NCBI GenBank assembly: GCA_947465255.1
Contig: CANIAA010000001.1
Location: 1-45,234 of the forward strand
Length of the DNA stretch: 45,234 nucleotides
Source of the DNA: Flavobacteriales bacterium
GTDB lineage: Bacteria; Bacteroidota; Bacteroidia; Flavobacteriales_D; Sanyastnellaceae
Direction of reading: 5' to 3'
A program made the translations under genes and the position numbers. The notes under the pieces are model-generated. The model was not told the origin of the DNA and did no database searches. It saw nothing but the letters and a program-made list of their open reading frames with translations. Numbering within the stretch: the first letter of the stretch is position 1; every line of letters begins with the position of its first letter. Shown piece by piece: positions 9,250 to 18,100 of this stretch.

Positions 9250-11500
9250 TATCCTTCTTCCGATAGAAATAGAAAATCACCAACGGCGAAATCAGCATCT
9301 CAGCAATCAGCGCAATAAAGAGCGTAAGACTGATGAGCAACCCGATATAGTATGTGCCGAGGAAATCAGAGAGAATCAGTGTTAAGAAGCCACCGCTCAA
9401 AATGAGCGTGGTTACTACCATTGCTTTACCTGTGGTGAGAAACGTTCGCTTCACTGCGTACATGGGCGTGAGGCCCTCGCGCAACAACGTGCGCACGCGC
9501 GCAAGAAAGTGAATCGTGTCATCCACCGCTATTCCAAAGGCGATATTGAACACAATTGACGTGCTCACCTTCAACGGAATTCCCATAGCGCCCATGATAC
9601 CTCCCACAATCACCAGCGGTATCATGTTGGGAATAATCGTCAGTAATATCATCTTCGGTGATTGGTACACGATACCCATAATCAATCCGATAACCACCAT
9701 GGAAAGCAATAAATCCCACACCATGTTCTCCACGAGGTAGCGATTATTCAAGTCAATCAAGTGCGCTGTGCCGGTGACCTTGTAACCGAATTTCGATTGA
9801 CAATTTTGAGCGATGAAGCCATCGAGCGAATCATTCAATTGCTCGTAATGCACGCGACCAAAATCACCTATTCTACCTGCAATGCGCAACACCTTCTTCT
9901 CAGGGTTGTAATGCAGCTTAACGACTTCAGTCAACTCCTTTCTACTCAAAAATTTATTGAGCCTTCGCAACTCCACACTATCGGCGGGAACAACATAAAA
10001 ATCCTGACTACCTGCGTTCATGGCCATATTGGCATTCTTCAGAATTTCATTGTAGGAAAGCAAACTTCCCACTCCATACACGTGGGTTAGCCAATGCTGA
10101 AGGGTATCCATATCCTTCAAAAATTGCTTCTCATTGATCTGATTGACATCTTCGAGCACGACGGCCATTTCGAATGGTCGGCAACCTGAGTAATGATCCT
10201 CCATAAAGAAGAACTCCTGTTTCAGTAAATGCTCATCACGCAAATCCTCAAGCATCTTATTGTCGACCTCGACATGCATGATACCATACACGCTCGCCGC
10301 ACAAACGATAAGAGTCCCTGCAATTACTGCGCGTCGTTTTCGGATAATCCAGCGCAAAGCGCCGTGTAATTTCATAGTCCAGAAATCATCCGATGTTGCA
10401 TAAAGATACAGGCGCTTCGGTGTTGCCAAAAACAAAATCGCCGGCAACATGGTGTAGGTTAAGCCGTAGGCCAGCATGATGCCCACCGACGTATAAATTC
10501 CAAAATTGCTGATAGGCTCAATGTTCGACAACACCAGCGTCAGAAATCCGATAGACGTTGTGAGCGCCGTGAGAAACGTGGCCAGTCTAATGCTCTTGAA
10601 TGCATAGCGGATTGCATCGCGCTTCTCTCGTCCATTGCGCAATTCTTGCATGTACTTGGTCAGCACATGCACCGAGTCGCTCATGCCCACTACAAAAATG
10701 ATGGTAGGCAGAATGGTGAGCATCAAATCCAGATCATTGCCCAGGATGCGAATAAATCCTAGTGTCCAGAGAATGGAAATTAAAACTACCAGTGTTGGAA
10801 TAATGATTCCCCAGGCCGAGCGAAATGCAATAAATAAAAACAGCGTGGTAAGAATTAAGCTCAAGGAAATAAACAGAATGAGCTCTTGAATCATCAGCTC
10901 CACGTACAATCGTTGTCCGAGTGCTCGCCCGATAAGATGGGTTTTATGAAATCCGAATTCCTTGACTGCTGCTTCAATGTCGAGCGATAGCTGATCACAT
11001 CCTTGCTTGGAAAGTTTCTCTGTATGTCGGATATTGATGGCAACCGAGTGAAAATCTTCTGCGAAGAAATAGCCCAGCATGCCTTCTGAACGAGCAATGT
11101 CCGTGGAGTCAATCGCAAAATTCTCGGGTTCATTCCAGCGCAATACCGGTAAGGACATCAGCTGCCCCAGCAATGGATCACGCACATAGCGTGTTAGCCG
11201 TGTGGGGCCCATAGCCGCGACGACATTCGGAACGGCCTGCAAGCGTGAGTTGAGACTATCAACCTGTTGGAGAAAACCAGCGTCGAACACGCTTCCGTCG
11301 TTCTCCAGCACAACCACAAAAAAGTCGTTGTCCGTTTCGAAATTATCGCGGAACTCCAGGTAGAAATCCGTTTCGGGGTCATCCTGAGGAAAAAAAGCTT
11401 CGAAATCATAACTGAACTTCAATGTAGCAGCAAGCCATATGCAGCATGCGCTGACTATGGCAATTACCACCAGTGATATGATTGAAACCCTTCTGCTCAT
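9230..11500 (-). CDS. RND-superfamily / MMPL-type exporter (12-TM, two large extracytoplasmic loops)
   Basis: 756 aa. Two homologous halves each have a loop followed by a 5-6-helix hydrophobic bundle, in an SSD-like arrangement. Confidence 0.8.
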   Translation of the reverse strand: MSRRVSIISLVVIAIVSACCIWLAATLKFSYDFEAFFPQDDPETDFYLEFRDNFETDNDFFVVVLENDGSVFDAGFLQQVDSLNSRLQAVPNVVAAMGPTRLTRYVRDPLLGQLMSLPVLRWNEPENFAIDSTDIARSEGMLGYFFAEDFHSVAINIRHTEKLSKQGCDQLSLDIEAAVKEFGFHKTHLIGRALGQRLYVELMIQELILFISLSLILTTLFLFIAFRSAWGIIIPTLVVLISILWTLGFIRILGNDLDLMLTILPTIIFVVGMSDSVHVLTKYMQELRNGREKRDAIRYAFKSIRLATFLTALTTSIGFLTLVLSNIEPISNFGIYTSVGIMLAYGLTYTMLPAILFLATPKRLYLYATSDDFWTMKLHGALRWIIRKRRAVIAGTLIVCAASVYGIMHVEVDNKMLEDLRDEHLLKQEFFFMEDHYSGCRPFEMAVVLEDVNQINEKQFLKDMDTLQHWLTHVYGVGSLLSYNEILKNANMAMNAGSQDFYVVPADSVELRRLNKFLSRKELTEVVKLHYNPEKKVLRIAGRIGDFGRVHYEQLNDSLDGFIAQNCQSKFGYKVTGTAHLIDLNNRYLVENMVWDLLLSMVVIGLIMGIVYQSPKMILLTIIPNMIPLVIVGGIMGAMGIPLKVSTSIVFNIAFGIAVDDTIHFLARVRTLLREGLTPMYAVKRTFLTTGKAMVVTTLILSGGFLTLILSDFLGTYYIGLLISLTLFIALIAEMLISPLVIFYFYRKKDSRKIGL

Positions 11501-11560
11501 CCCACGACTTCCATAACAACTTCCGTGGGATATGGTTTAACCCTAACCACAGAAATCCGA

Positions 11561-11995
11561 TTATTTCTTCAGAGCATCGCGAATCTCTTCCAGCAATTGC
11601 TCCGAACGATTCACCTCTGGAGCAGGAGCCTCTTCGCTGGTGCGCATCTTATTCATGGCCTTGATCACCAAGAACATGAAAAAAGAAACCATAACGAACT
11701 CAATGGCAACCGTAATGAATGTTCCGTAGGCAATGACCGGCCCCATTTCTTTGGCGTTTTCTAATGACAAGCCTGATCCGCTTGCTTCCGCTAATTCACG
11801 TGCTGCACGCACATTTTCTGAAAGCGGATAATACAAATTGGAAAAATCGCGCCCCTGGATGAGCCCAACCAACGGCAGAACCATACCATCAATAAAGGCT
11901 GAAACTACTTTTCCGAAAGCGGCTCCCATCACAAAGGCAACTGCCATATCGATGAGGTTTCCGCGAAGAGCAAACTGTTTGAATTCTTTGACCAT
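11561..11995 (-). CDS. mscL: Large-conductance mechanosensitive channel
   Basis: 144 aa with the canonical N-terminus MVKEFKQFALRGNLIDMAVAFVMGAAFGKVV. Confidence 0.95.
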   Translation of the reverse strand: MVKEFKQFALRGNLIDMAVAFVMGAAFGKVVSAFIDGMVLPLVGLIQGRDFSNLYYPLSENVRAARELAEASGSGLSLENAKEMGPVIAYGTFITVAIEFVMVSFFMFLVIKAMNKMRTSEEAPAPEVNRSEQLLEEIRDALKK

Positions 11996-12013
11996 GTTGG
12001 TGATTTTGTCAAA

Positions 12014-12046
12014 TATAAAAAAAGGCCCGTTGCCGGGCCCCTTTTA
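12014..12046 (-). terminator. Rho-independent terminator of dnaK
   Basis: The minus strand reads GGCCCG-gcaa-CGGGCC followed by TTTTTTT. It lies 20-50 nt downstream of the dnaK stop. Confidence 0.75.
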
Positions 12047-12063
12047 CTTGTATTACGAGCGAA

Positions 12064-13962
12064 TTACTTCTTGTCGTCCTTCACCTCTTCAAAATCGACA
12101 TCCGTTACCTCAGCATCACTGCCTTGTGTATTTCCGGTTGCCTGACCCTGATCAGATGAATTGTTGTACATATCAGTAGCCGCTGCACCAAACACATTGT
12201 TCAAACTCTCAATAGCCGACTTGCAACGGTTCACATCCTTTTCAGCATGTGCCTGCTTCAACTCTGCCAGCGCACTCTCGATAGGTTCCTTCTTATCAGC
12301 CGGAATCTTATCGCCAAACTCCTTCATCTGTTTTTCCGTTTGGAAAATCAACGTGTCGGCCTGGTTAATTGTATCTGCCTGCTCACGAGCAACACGATCG
12401 CTTTCCGCATTCATTTCCGCCTCGCGCTTCATCTTTTCGATTTCTTCCTTGCTCAAACCGGAAGAAGCCTGAATACGAATATTCTGCTCTTTGCCGGTAG
12501 CCTTGTCTTTTGCGCTCACGTGTATGATACCATTGGCATCGATATCGAATGTTACTTCGATTTGCGGCACACCGCGTGGGGCTGAAGGTAAACCGTCGAG
12601 GTGGAAGCGACCGATGGTACGGTTGTCTTTCGCCATGGCGCGTTCGCCTTGTAGTACGTGTATTTCTACACTCGGTTGGTTATCGCTTGCGGTAGAGAAC
12701 ACCTCGCTCTTTTTCGTTGGAATAGTCGTGTTCGAATCAATCAGCTTGGTCATTACGCCACCCATCGTCTCGATACCCAGTGCGAGCGGAGTTACATCGA
12801 GAAGCAATACATCCTTCACTTCACCGGTTAGAACTCCGCCCTGGATTGCAGCACCAATGGCCACAACTTCATCCGGATTCACACCCTTTGAAGGCTCCTT
12901 GCCGAAGAATTTCTTAACGGCATCCTGAACGGCCGGAATACGTGTTGAACCACCTACCAAAATCACTTCATCAATATCCTTCACCGAGATGCCTGCCTTC
13001 TTCAATGCGCTTTCGCATGGAGCGATGGTACGCTGAATGAGGCTATCGGCCAATTGCTCGAACTTCGCGCGTGACATGGTTTTCACCAAGTGTTTCGGAA
13101 TGCCATCTACCGGCATGATGTAAGGCAAGTTAATTTCAGTCGATGTGCTGGAAGAAAGCTCAATCTTCGCCTTTTCAGCCGCTTCTTTCAAACGCTGAAG
13201 GGCCATTGGATCCTTCATCAAATCGAATTGATTTCCGTTCTCGTTCTTGAACTCTTGAACCAACCAGTCGATAATCACCTGGTCGAAGTCGTCACCACCG
13301 AGGTGCGTGTCACCGTCGGTCGAGAGTACCTCGAACACACCATCACCCAACTCCAGAATCGATACGTCGTGTGTACCACCACCGCAGTCGAAAACCACGA
13401 TTTTGATATCCTGCGACTTCTTATCAAGACCATAAGCCAAGGCTGCTGCTGTTGGTTCGTTAATGATACGCTTCACTGTCAATCCGGCAATTTCACCTGC
13501 TTCCTTGGTAGCTTGACGTTGAGCATCGTTGAAGTATGCGGGAACAGTAATTACAGCTTCTGTCACTTCATGCCCGAGATAATCTTCGGCCGTTTTCTTC
13601 ATTTTCTGAAGCACCATCGCCGAAATTTCCTGTGGTGTGTAGTTGCGGTCGTCAATCTTCACACGCGGTGTATTGCCGTCGCCCTTCACCACCTCGTAAG
13701 GAACACGACCGGCCTCACGAACACATTCATCATAGCTACTTCCCATAAAGCGCTTGATAGAATAAACGGTTTTACGCGGGTTAGTGATCGCCTGACGCTT
13801 GGCCGGGTCGCCCACTTTACGCTCACCGCCTTCTACAAAAGCCACCACCGAAGGCGTCGTACGCTTTCCTTCGCTATTGGCAATTACCACCGGCTCGTTA
13901 CCTTCCATAACGGCAACACAGCTGTTGGTGGTTCCTAAATCGATTCCTATTACTTTACTCAT
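12064..13962 (-). CDS. dnaK: Molecular chaperone DnaK (Hsp70)
   Basis: ORF 12064..14037, with the true start at Met26, [18 protein letters not shown]. Hsp70 signatures run throughout ([21 protein letters not shown]). Confidence 0.97.
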   Translation of the reverse strand: MSKVIGIDLGTTNSCVAVMEGNEPVVIANSEGKRTTPSVVAFVEGGERKVGDPAKRQAITNPRKTVYSIKRFMGSSYDECVREAGRVPYEVVKGDGNTPRVKIDDRNYTPQEISAMVLQKMKKTAEDYLGHEVTEAVITVPAYFNDAQRQATKEAGEIAGLTVKRIINEPTAAALAYGLDKKSQDIKIVVFDCGGGTHDVSILELGDGVFEVLSTDGDTHLGGDDFDQVIIDWLVQEFKNENGNQFDLMKDPMALQRLKEAAEKAKIELSSSTSTEINLPYIMPVDGIPKHLVKTMSRAKFEQLADSLIQRTIAPCESALKKAGISVKDIDEVILVGGSTRIPAVQDAVKKFFGKEPSKGVNPDEVVAIGAAIQGGVLTGEVKDVLLLDVTPLALGIETMGGVMTKLIDSNTTIPTKKSEVFSTASDNQPSVEIHVLQGERAMAKDNRTIGRFHLDGLPSAPRGVPQIEVTFDIDANGIIHVSAKDKATGKEQNIRIQASSGLSKEEIEKMKREAEMNAESDRVAREQADTINQADTLIFQTEKQMKEFGDKIPADKKEPIESALAELKQAHAEKDVNRCKSAIESLNNVFGAAATDMYNNSSDQGQATGNTQGSDAEVTDVDFEEVKDDKK

Positions 13963-14126
13963 GATATTGAATTTCTGTTTGACTTCGTTTGTTTGTCGGC
14001 GGCGGCATTTCAACCTTCTTGCCATCGGGAAATTCAACCCGGTTTGCTGAAAATGTGTCAGTTTTACTCATGCGAGCGGCTGCTTTCTGACATAGCGGTT
14101 GGTTCTGACGTACTTTTTGTCGCAAA

Positions 14127-14939
14127 TTGCCGGACCACAACACCCTAATGCTCCGAATTACCGACCAGACCGGTCGAAACATAGCGTTTGATCATCCGCC
14201 AAAGCGAATCATTTCCTCTGTCCCCTCACAGACCGAGTTGTTGTTCGACCTCGGTTTAGAAGAATCGATTGCAGGCATTACCAAGTTTTGCGTTCATCCG
14301 GCCACGGCCCGTCAGACCAAGACCATAGTGGGTGGCACAAAAAACCTTCATCTCGAGAAGATTGCTGCACTCAATCCAGACTTTGTTTTTGCCAACAAAG
14401 AAGAAAACGATCGCGCATCGATCGAATGGCTCGCCAACCGCTTCCCCACGTACATCAGCGATGTAAAAACACTCGATGATGCGGTGAATATGATACATGA
14501 CGCCGGCACCATAACCAATAAGCGCGAAGGAGCCCTTGTTTTATCCAATGCCATTCTAGCTAGATTCAGGGAAATCATCCAACCACCCGTTCGACCGACG
14601 GCAGCCTACATCATTTGGCGAGACCCCTGGATGACAGTGAATCATGATACGTTTATTCATGACATGCTTACGCGACTTGGTTTTGCCAATGTTTTCGCTC
14701 AGCGAGAAGATTCAAGATATCCGGTCATATGTAATGCAGAGCTGGAAGAAGCCAACCCTGACTTTCTTTTTTTATCCAGCGAACCCTATCCATTCGGTGA
14801 CCGGCACTTATCAGAGATTCAGAAACAGTTTCCAAGGGCCAAGACCTTCATAGTGGATGGAGAGATGTTTAGCTGGTATGGCTCCAGACTTCTGCAGTTC
14901 AACACTTCGTTTGCTCAAAATATTCCAAGAATGGCGTAA
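14127..14939 (+). CDS. BtuF/TroA-like periplasmic-binding-fold protein (cobalamin/siderophore-binding family), no signal peptide seen
   Basis: 270 aa. The N-terminus PKRIISSVPSQTELLFDLGL...IAGITKFC is typical of class III substrate-binding proteins. The start may be Met8 (14148). Confidence 0.7.
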   Translation: MPDHNTLMLRITDQTGRNIAFDHPPKRIISSVPSQTELLFDLGLEESIAGITKFCVHPATARQTKTIVGGTKNLHLEKIAALNPDFVFANKEENDRASIEWLANRFPTYISDVKTLDDAVNMIHDAGTITNKREGALVLSNAILARFREIIQPPVRPTAAYIIWRDPWMTVNHDTFIHDMLTRLGFANVFAQREDSRYPVICNAELEEANPDFLFLSSEPYPFGDRHLSEIQKQFPRAKTFIVDGEMFSWYGSRLLQFNTSFAQNIPRMA

Positions 14940-14992
14940 AAAATCAATTACTGATAATGTGAAACGACCGGAATCCTAATCAACTTTGAGGC

Positions 14993-17302
14993 GTGAATTT
15001 CACTATTCGACATATTGCTCGTCTTACCATTCTATTCTCACTTACCGCGTCCATCCTTTTTAACTCCGCTGAGATTTACGCGCAAAAAGTAGCAGTAGTC
15101 TTAAGCGGCGGTGGGGCTACAGCTCTGGCACACGTGGGGTTTCTCAAAGTATTGGAAGAAAACAATGTACCGATCGACTACATATGCGGCACGAGCATGG
15201 GTGCTGTGGTGGCGGCCATGTATGCGTCGGGCTACAGCGTGGCAGCTATCGATAGCCTAGTGCGCACCGACGAGTTTCTCGATATGGCTACCGGCAATCG
15301 AAACGATCAACTCGACTTCTATTTTAAAAATTCCGAGTCCGATGCTTCGTTCGGTTCAGTGCGACTAGCAAGCGGAAGTCTAATGAGCAATGCCATTCCT
15401 GCCAACCTCATCAACCCCGTTTTGCTCGACTGGAAATTAATGGAAGGATTTAGTCAGCCTGACGCTGCATGTGGAGGAAACTTCGACAGCCTGTATGTTC
15501 CCTTTCGTTGCATAGCTGCCGACATTGAAAGCAAACAAGAAATCATTTTCAGAAAAGGCCCTCTTAACGTTGCTACACGCGCATCGTTTACATATCCTTT
15601 TTACATACCGGCAAGAAAGGTAGACGGCAAATTGCTCTTCGATGGAGGTATCTACAACAACTTCCCGATTGATATGGCATATCGTGAGTTCAAGCCCGAT
15701 GTGATTATCGGATGCAACGTTTCCGGAAGTACACCTAAGCCTAACGAAGACGATTTGATTTCACAATTACAGGCGATGATACTCTACAGATCATCTCCGC
15801 AAGTACCTCTTCTCAATACAGTAGTGGTTAGCCCGAAACTAAGTGATATCTCCACCTTCGACTTCGAAAGAATAAGCGAAGCCATCGAATTAGGTTATCA
15901 GCAAGCGCTCGAAGATTTGCCCTCAATTAAACAAGCCATAAAGCGCGAAGAAACACTGACATATAAAGAGCTGGACAGAAAACGCTTTCAGCGCAATTTT
16001 CAACCGTTGATTATTGATCAGATTTCTATTGAAGGCTTAAAAAAATCACAGCGCCGTTATGTGCAGAAAATCATGGTGAAGAAAGAAACGCCTGTTGCTT
16101 TGTCTGAATTGAAATCGCGCTACTTCAAGTTGTTTGGCGACGATAAAATCAACACCATATTCCCGACTGCAACGTACAAGCCGGAAACGAAGAGGTATGC
16201 TTTAAACCTCGACGTTAAAAAGGAGAAAGATTTGGTTTTGGCATTTGGAGGTAACTTTTCATCTCGTTCCATTAATACAGGATTCATTGGCTTGAAGTAT
16301 AACCTTTTTGGGCTAACCTCAACTACTCTCACCGCCAATAGTTACTTCGGCAGATTTTATGGCTCGATACACAGTGATATCCGGTGGGATATTTCCGGAC
16401 GTATACCGGTGTCCATTCAAGGTGGATTCACCTTCAATCGGTGGGATTATTACAAAAGTCTCTCAACGTTTTTTGAAGATGTGAAGCCTTCGTTCATTCT
16501 GATGAATGAGCGATTTGGTCAATTGGGCGTGTCCGTGCCGGCCGGAGTAAAAGGCATTCTACGTGCCGAAGGATTCTATACGCATCAGTTTGATGAGTAC
16601 TATCAGATTACGAATTTCATTTCAACCGATACAACCGATCGTACCGAATTCAATGCGTGGATTGGCAAGGTCAGTTACGAAAGAAGCTCGCTGAATAGAA
16701 AACAATTTGCCAATTCAGGTTCATTCATTCAAGCAGTTGTCAAAGGAGTGCAGGGAGAAGAGTTTACCATTCCCGGTTCTACTTCGGAGATTCGTGACAC
16801 AACCAAAACCTCACACACCTGGTATAGCGCCAAATTGAATTATCAGAACTACTTCTTCAACAGCAAGCGCCTCAAGTCGGGCTTCTACCTCGAAGGAGTT
16901 CTCAGCACCCAGAACTTCTTCAACAACTATATCTCTTCGTCTATTGCAGCGCCTGCGTTTAATCCGATCCCCGAAAGCAGAACCTATTTCCTGCCTCAAT
17001 TCAGAGCACATCAATATGCAGCCTATGGTCTCATGAACGTCATTGCTTTCACTAAAAAAATCGAATTACGACTCGAGGGGTATGCATTTCACCCATTCAA
17101 CTCAATCATCAAAGATTCATTCGGAAAGGCCATCTACGACACAACTCCGGTTATCCACTATCTGGGCTCGGCTAGTTTCATCGCACATACGCCTCTAGGA
17201 CCCATTAGTTTGTGTGCGAATTATTACGATAAGAAAGATGAGCCCTGGAGTTTTGTGTTCAACTTCGGGTACATTCTATTCAATCGCTCTCCGCGCGATT
17301 AG
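14993..17302 (+). CDS. Patatin-like phospholipase with C-terminal beta-barrel-like domain
   Basis: 769 aa with a GTG start and a signal peptide. It has the oxyanion GGGATALAH, the nucleophile elbow GTSMGA (GxSxG) and DGG for the catalytic Asp. The long C-terminal region is rich in alternating aromatic residues and ends in F/Y-rich strands. Confidence 0.85.
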   Translation: MNFTIRHIARLTILFSLTASILFNSAEIYAQKVAVVLSGGGATALAHVGFLKVLEENNVPIDYICGTSMGAVVAAMYASGYSVAAIDSLVRTDEFLDMATGNRNDQLDFYFKNSESDASFGSVRLASGSLMSNAIPANLINPVLLDWKLMEGFSQPDAACGGNFDSLYVPFRCIAADIESKQEIIFRKGPLNVATRASFTYPFYIPARKVDGKLLFDGGIYNNFPIDMAYREFKPDVIIGCNVSGSTPKPNEDDLISQLQAMILYRSSPQVPLLNTVVVSPKLSDISTFDFERISEAIELGYQQALEDLPSIKQAIKREETLTYKELDRKRFQRNFQPLIIDQISIEGLKKSQRRYVQKIMVKKETPVALSELKSRYFKLFGDDKINTIFPTATYKPETKRYALNLDVKKEKDLVLAFGGNFSSRSINTGFIGLKYNLFGLTSTTLTANSYFGRFYGSIHSDIRWDISGRIPVSIQGGFTFNRWDYYKSLSTFFEDVKPSFILMNERFGQLGVSVPAGVKGILRAEGFYTHQFDEYYQITNFISTDTTDRTEFNAWIGKVSYERSSLNRKQFANSGSFIQAVVKGVQGEEFTIPGSTSEIRDTTKTSHTWYSAKLNYQNYFFNSKRLKSGFYLEGVLSTQNFFNNYISSSIAAPAFNPIPESRTYFLPQFRAHQYAAYGLMNVIAFTKKIELRLEGYAFHPFNSIIKDSFGKAIYDTTPVIHYLGSASFIAHTPLGPISLCANYYDKKDEPWSFVFNFGYILFNRSPRD

Positions 17303-17303
17303 C

Positions 17304-17335
17304 GAAAAAAAAGGGCCTTTCGGCCCTTTGTAATT
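17304..17335. terminator. Bidirectional rho-independent terminator
   Basis: AAAAAAAAGGGCC-tttc-GGCCCTTTG between convergent stops at 17302 and 17343. Confidence 0.75.
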
Positions 17336-17342
17336 TTGTTGC

Positions 17343-18065
17343 TTATCCGACGATGGTGTCGTAGGTCACTTTGTATTCCTTGTCATCCGGAAAATACTCC
17401 AAGCCCAAATCCAACCATTCCTTAGCTGCATCCTTGCTCGTTCCGGCCAAATTTGTTGCGTGCATTGTAAGCGCGTACTTTAAAAGATTAAGCTCTTCAG
17501 GCGCCTGTCCTGCTTTTTTCTCGGTGAGAATTGTCTTTGCTTTGGCCAAGGCCACTTCAGATTCCTTCTTAGCCTTCAATAATCCTTGCACCACGCCCAT
17601 CATAAGCTGTGCGCCGGCATCGTTTGGATCAATGTCTAACAATTGATCATACAACTGCTTGGCCTTGCTATACTTCTGAGTGTCCATCATGGTTTCAGCT
17701 TGCGCTATGGCAGCACCACGAATTTGGGCAATGTAGTCTTCGTATTCCGACAGATATTTCTTCTCCTTGTCCTTGCCTCCGTATTTCGAGATATACTTCA
17801 TGGCATCTTTAAATGCATTCGGATATTTTTCCTTGAACTCATCGCGCTTTGACATTTCATAGAAGCAGCGGCTCATGAACATGTAAGGCAACGGATCCTT
17901 CTTGGTCTTTTCGTCGAGCGTGTAACCCTCTGCCTTATAAAGACATTTCTCGTACTTTTCCGTAACGAACAAGGTGAGTAGATCCTTGTAATCGTTTTCA
18001 GTTTGCGCTTGTGCTGATGTTGCAGCGATAAACGCTAAAATCAAAAAAGAAAATAACTTTTTCAT
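17343..18065 (-). CDS. Secreted TPR-like repeat protein (hypothetical)
   Basis: ORF 17343..18257. The plausible start is Met65, MKKLFSFLILAFIAATSAQAQ, a signal peptide. The body is helical-repeat with a K/Y/A-rich composition. Confidence 0.6.
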   Translation of the reverse strand: MKKLFSFLILAFIAATSAQAQTENDYKDLLTLFVTEKYEKCLYKAEGYTLDEKTKKDPLPYMFMSRCFYEMSKRDEFKEKYPNAFKDAMKYISKYGGKDKEKKYLSEYEDYIAQIRGAAIAQAETMMDTQKYSKAKQLYDQLLDIDPNDAGAQLMMGVVQGLLKAKKESEVALAKAKTILTEKKAGQAPEELNLLKYALTMHATNLAGTSKDAAKEWLDLGLEYFPDDKEYKVTYDTIVG

Positions 18066-18100
18066 GTGTTCTTTTGTTTGTAGGAAGGCGTAACTAAAAA

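Noticed and set aside
13090-13938. 282-aa plus-strand ORF, plus other ORFs of 100-145 aa at 12161-12928
   Set aside because: These are antisense shadows of dnaK. Their sequences are low-complexity and junk-like, with no motifs.
12064-14037. Long N-terminal extensions in the ORF track (dnaK from 14037, the TlpA-like gene from 4116, the TPR-like gene from 18257, the permease from 36052, cvfB-like from 32889, hicA from 33308)
   Set aside because: Internal Met codons give canonical N-termini ([10 protein letters not shown], signal peptides and so on). The upstream extensions translate promoter or leader DNA.
14038-14126. Cobalamin riboswitch upstream of the BtuF-like gene
   Set aside because: The interval is only 89 nt, shared with the dnaK promoter region, and has no B12-box-like sequence.
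14993-17302. Patatin-like phospholipase as a defence-system (CBASS-type) effector
   Set aside because: It has a signal peptide and a large C-terminal barrel-like domain and no cyclase or sensor partner. This fits the common Bacteroidota envelope patatin family.
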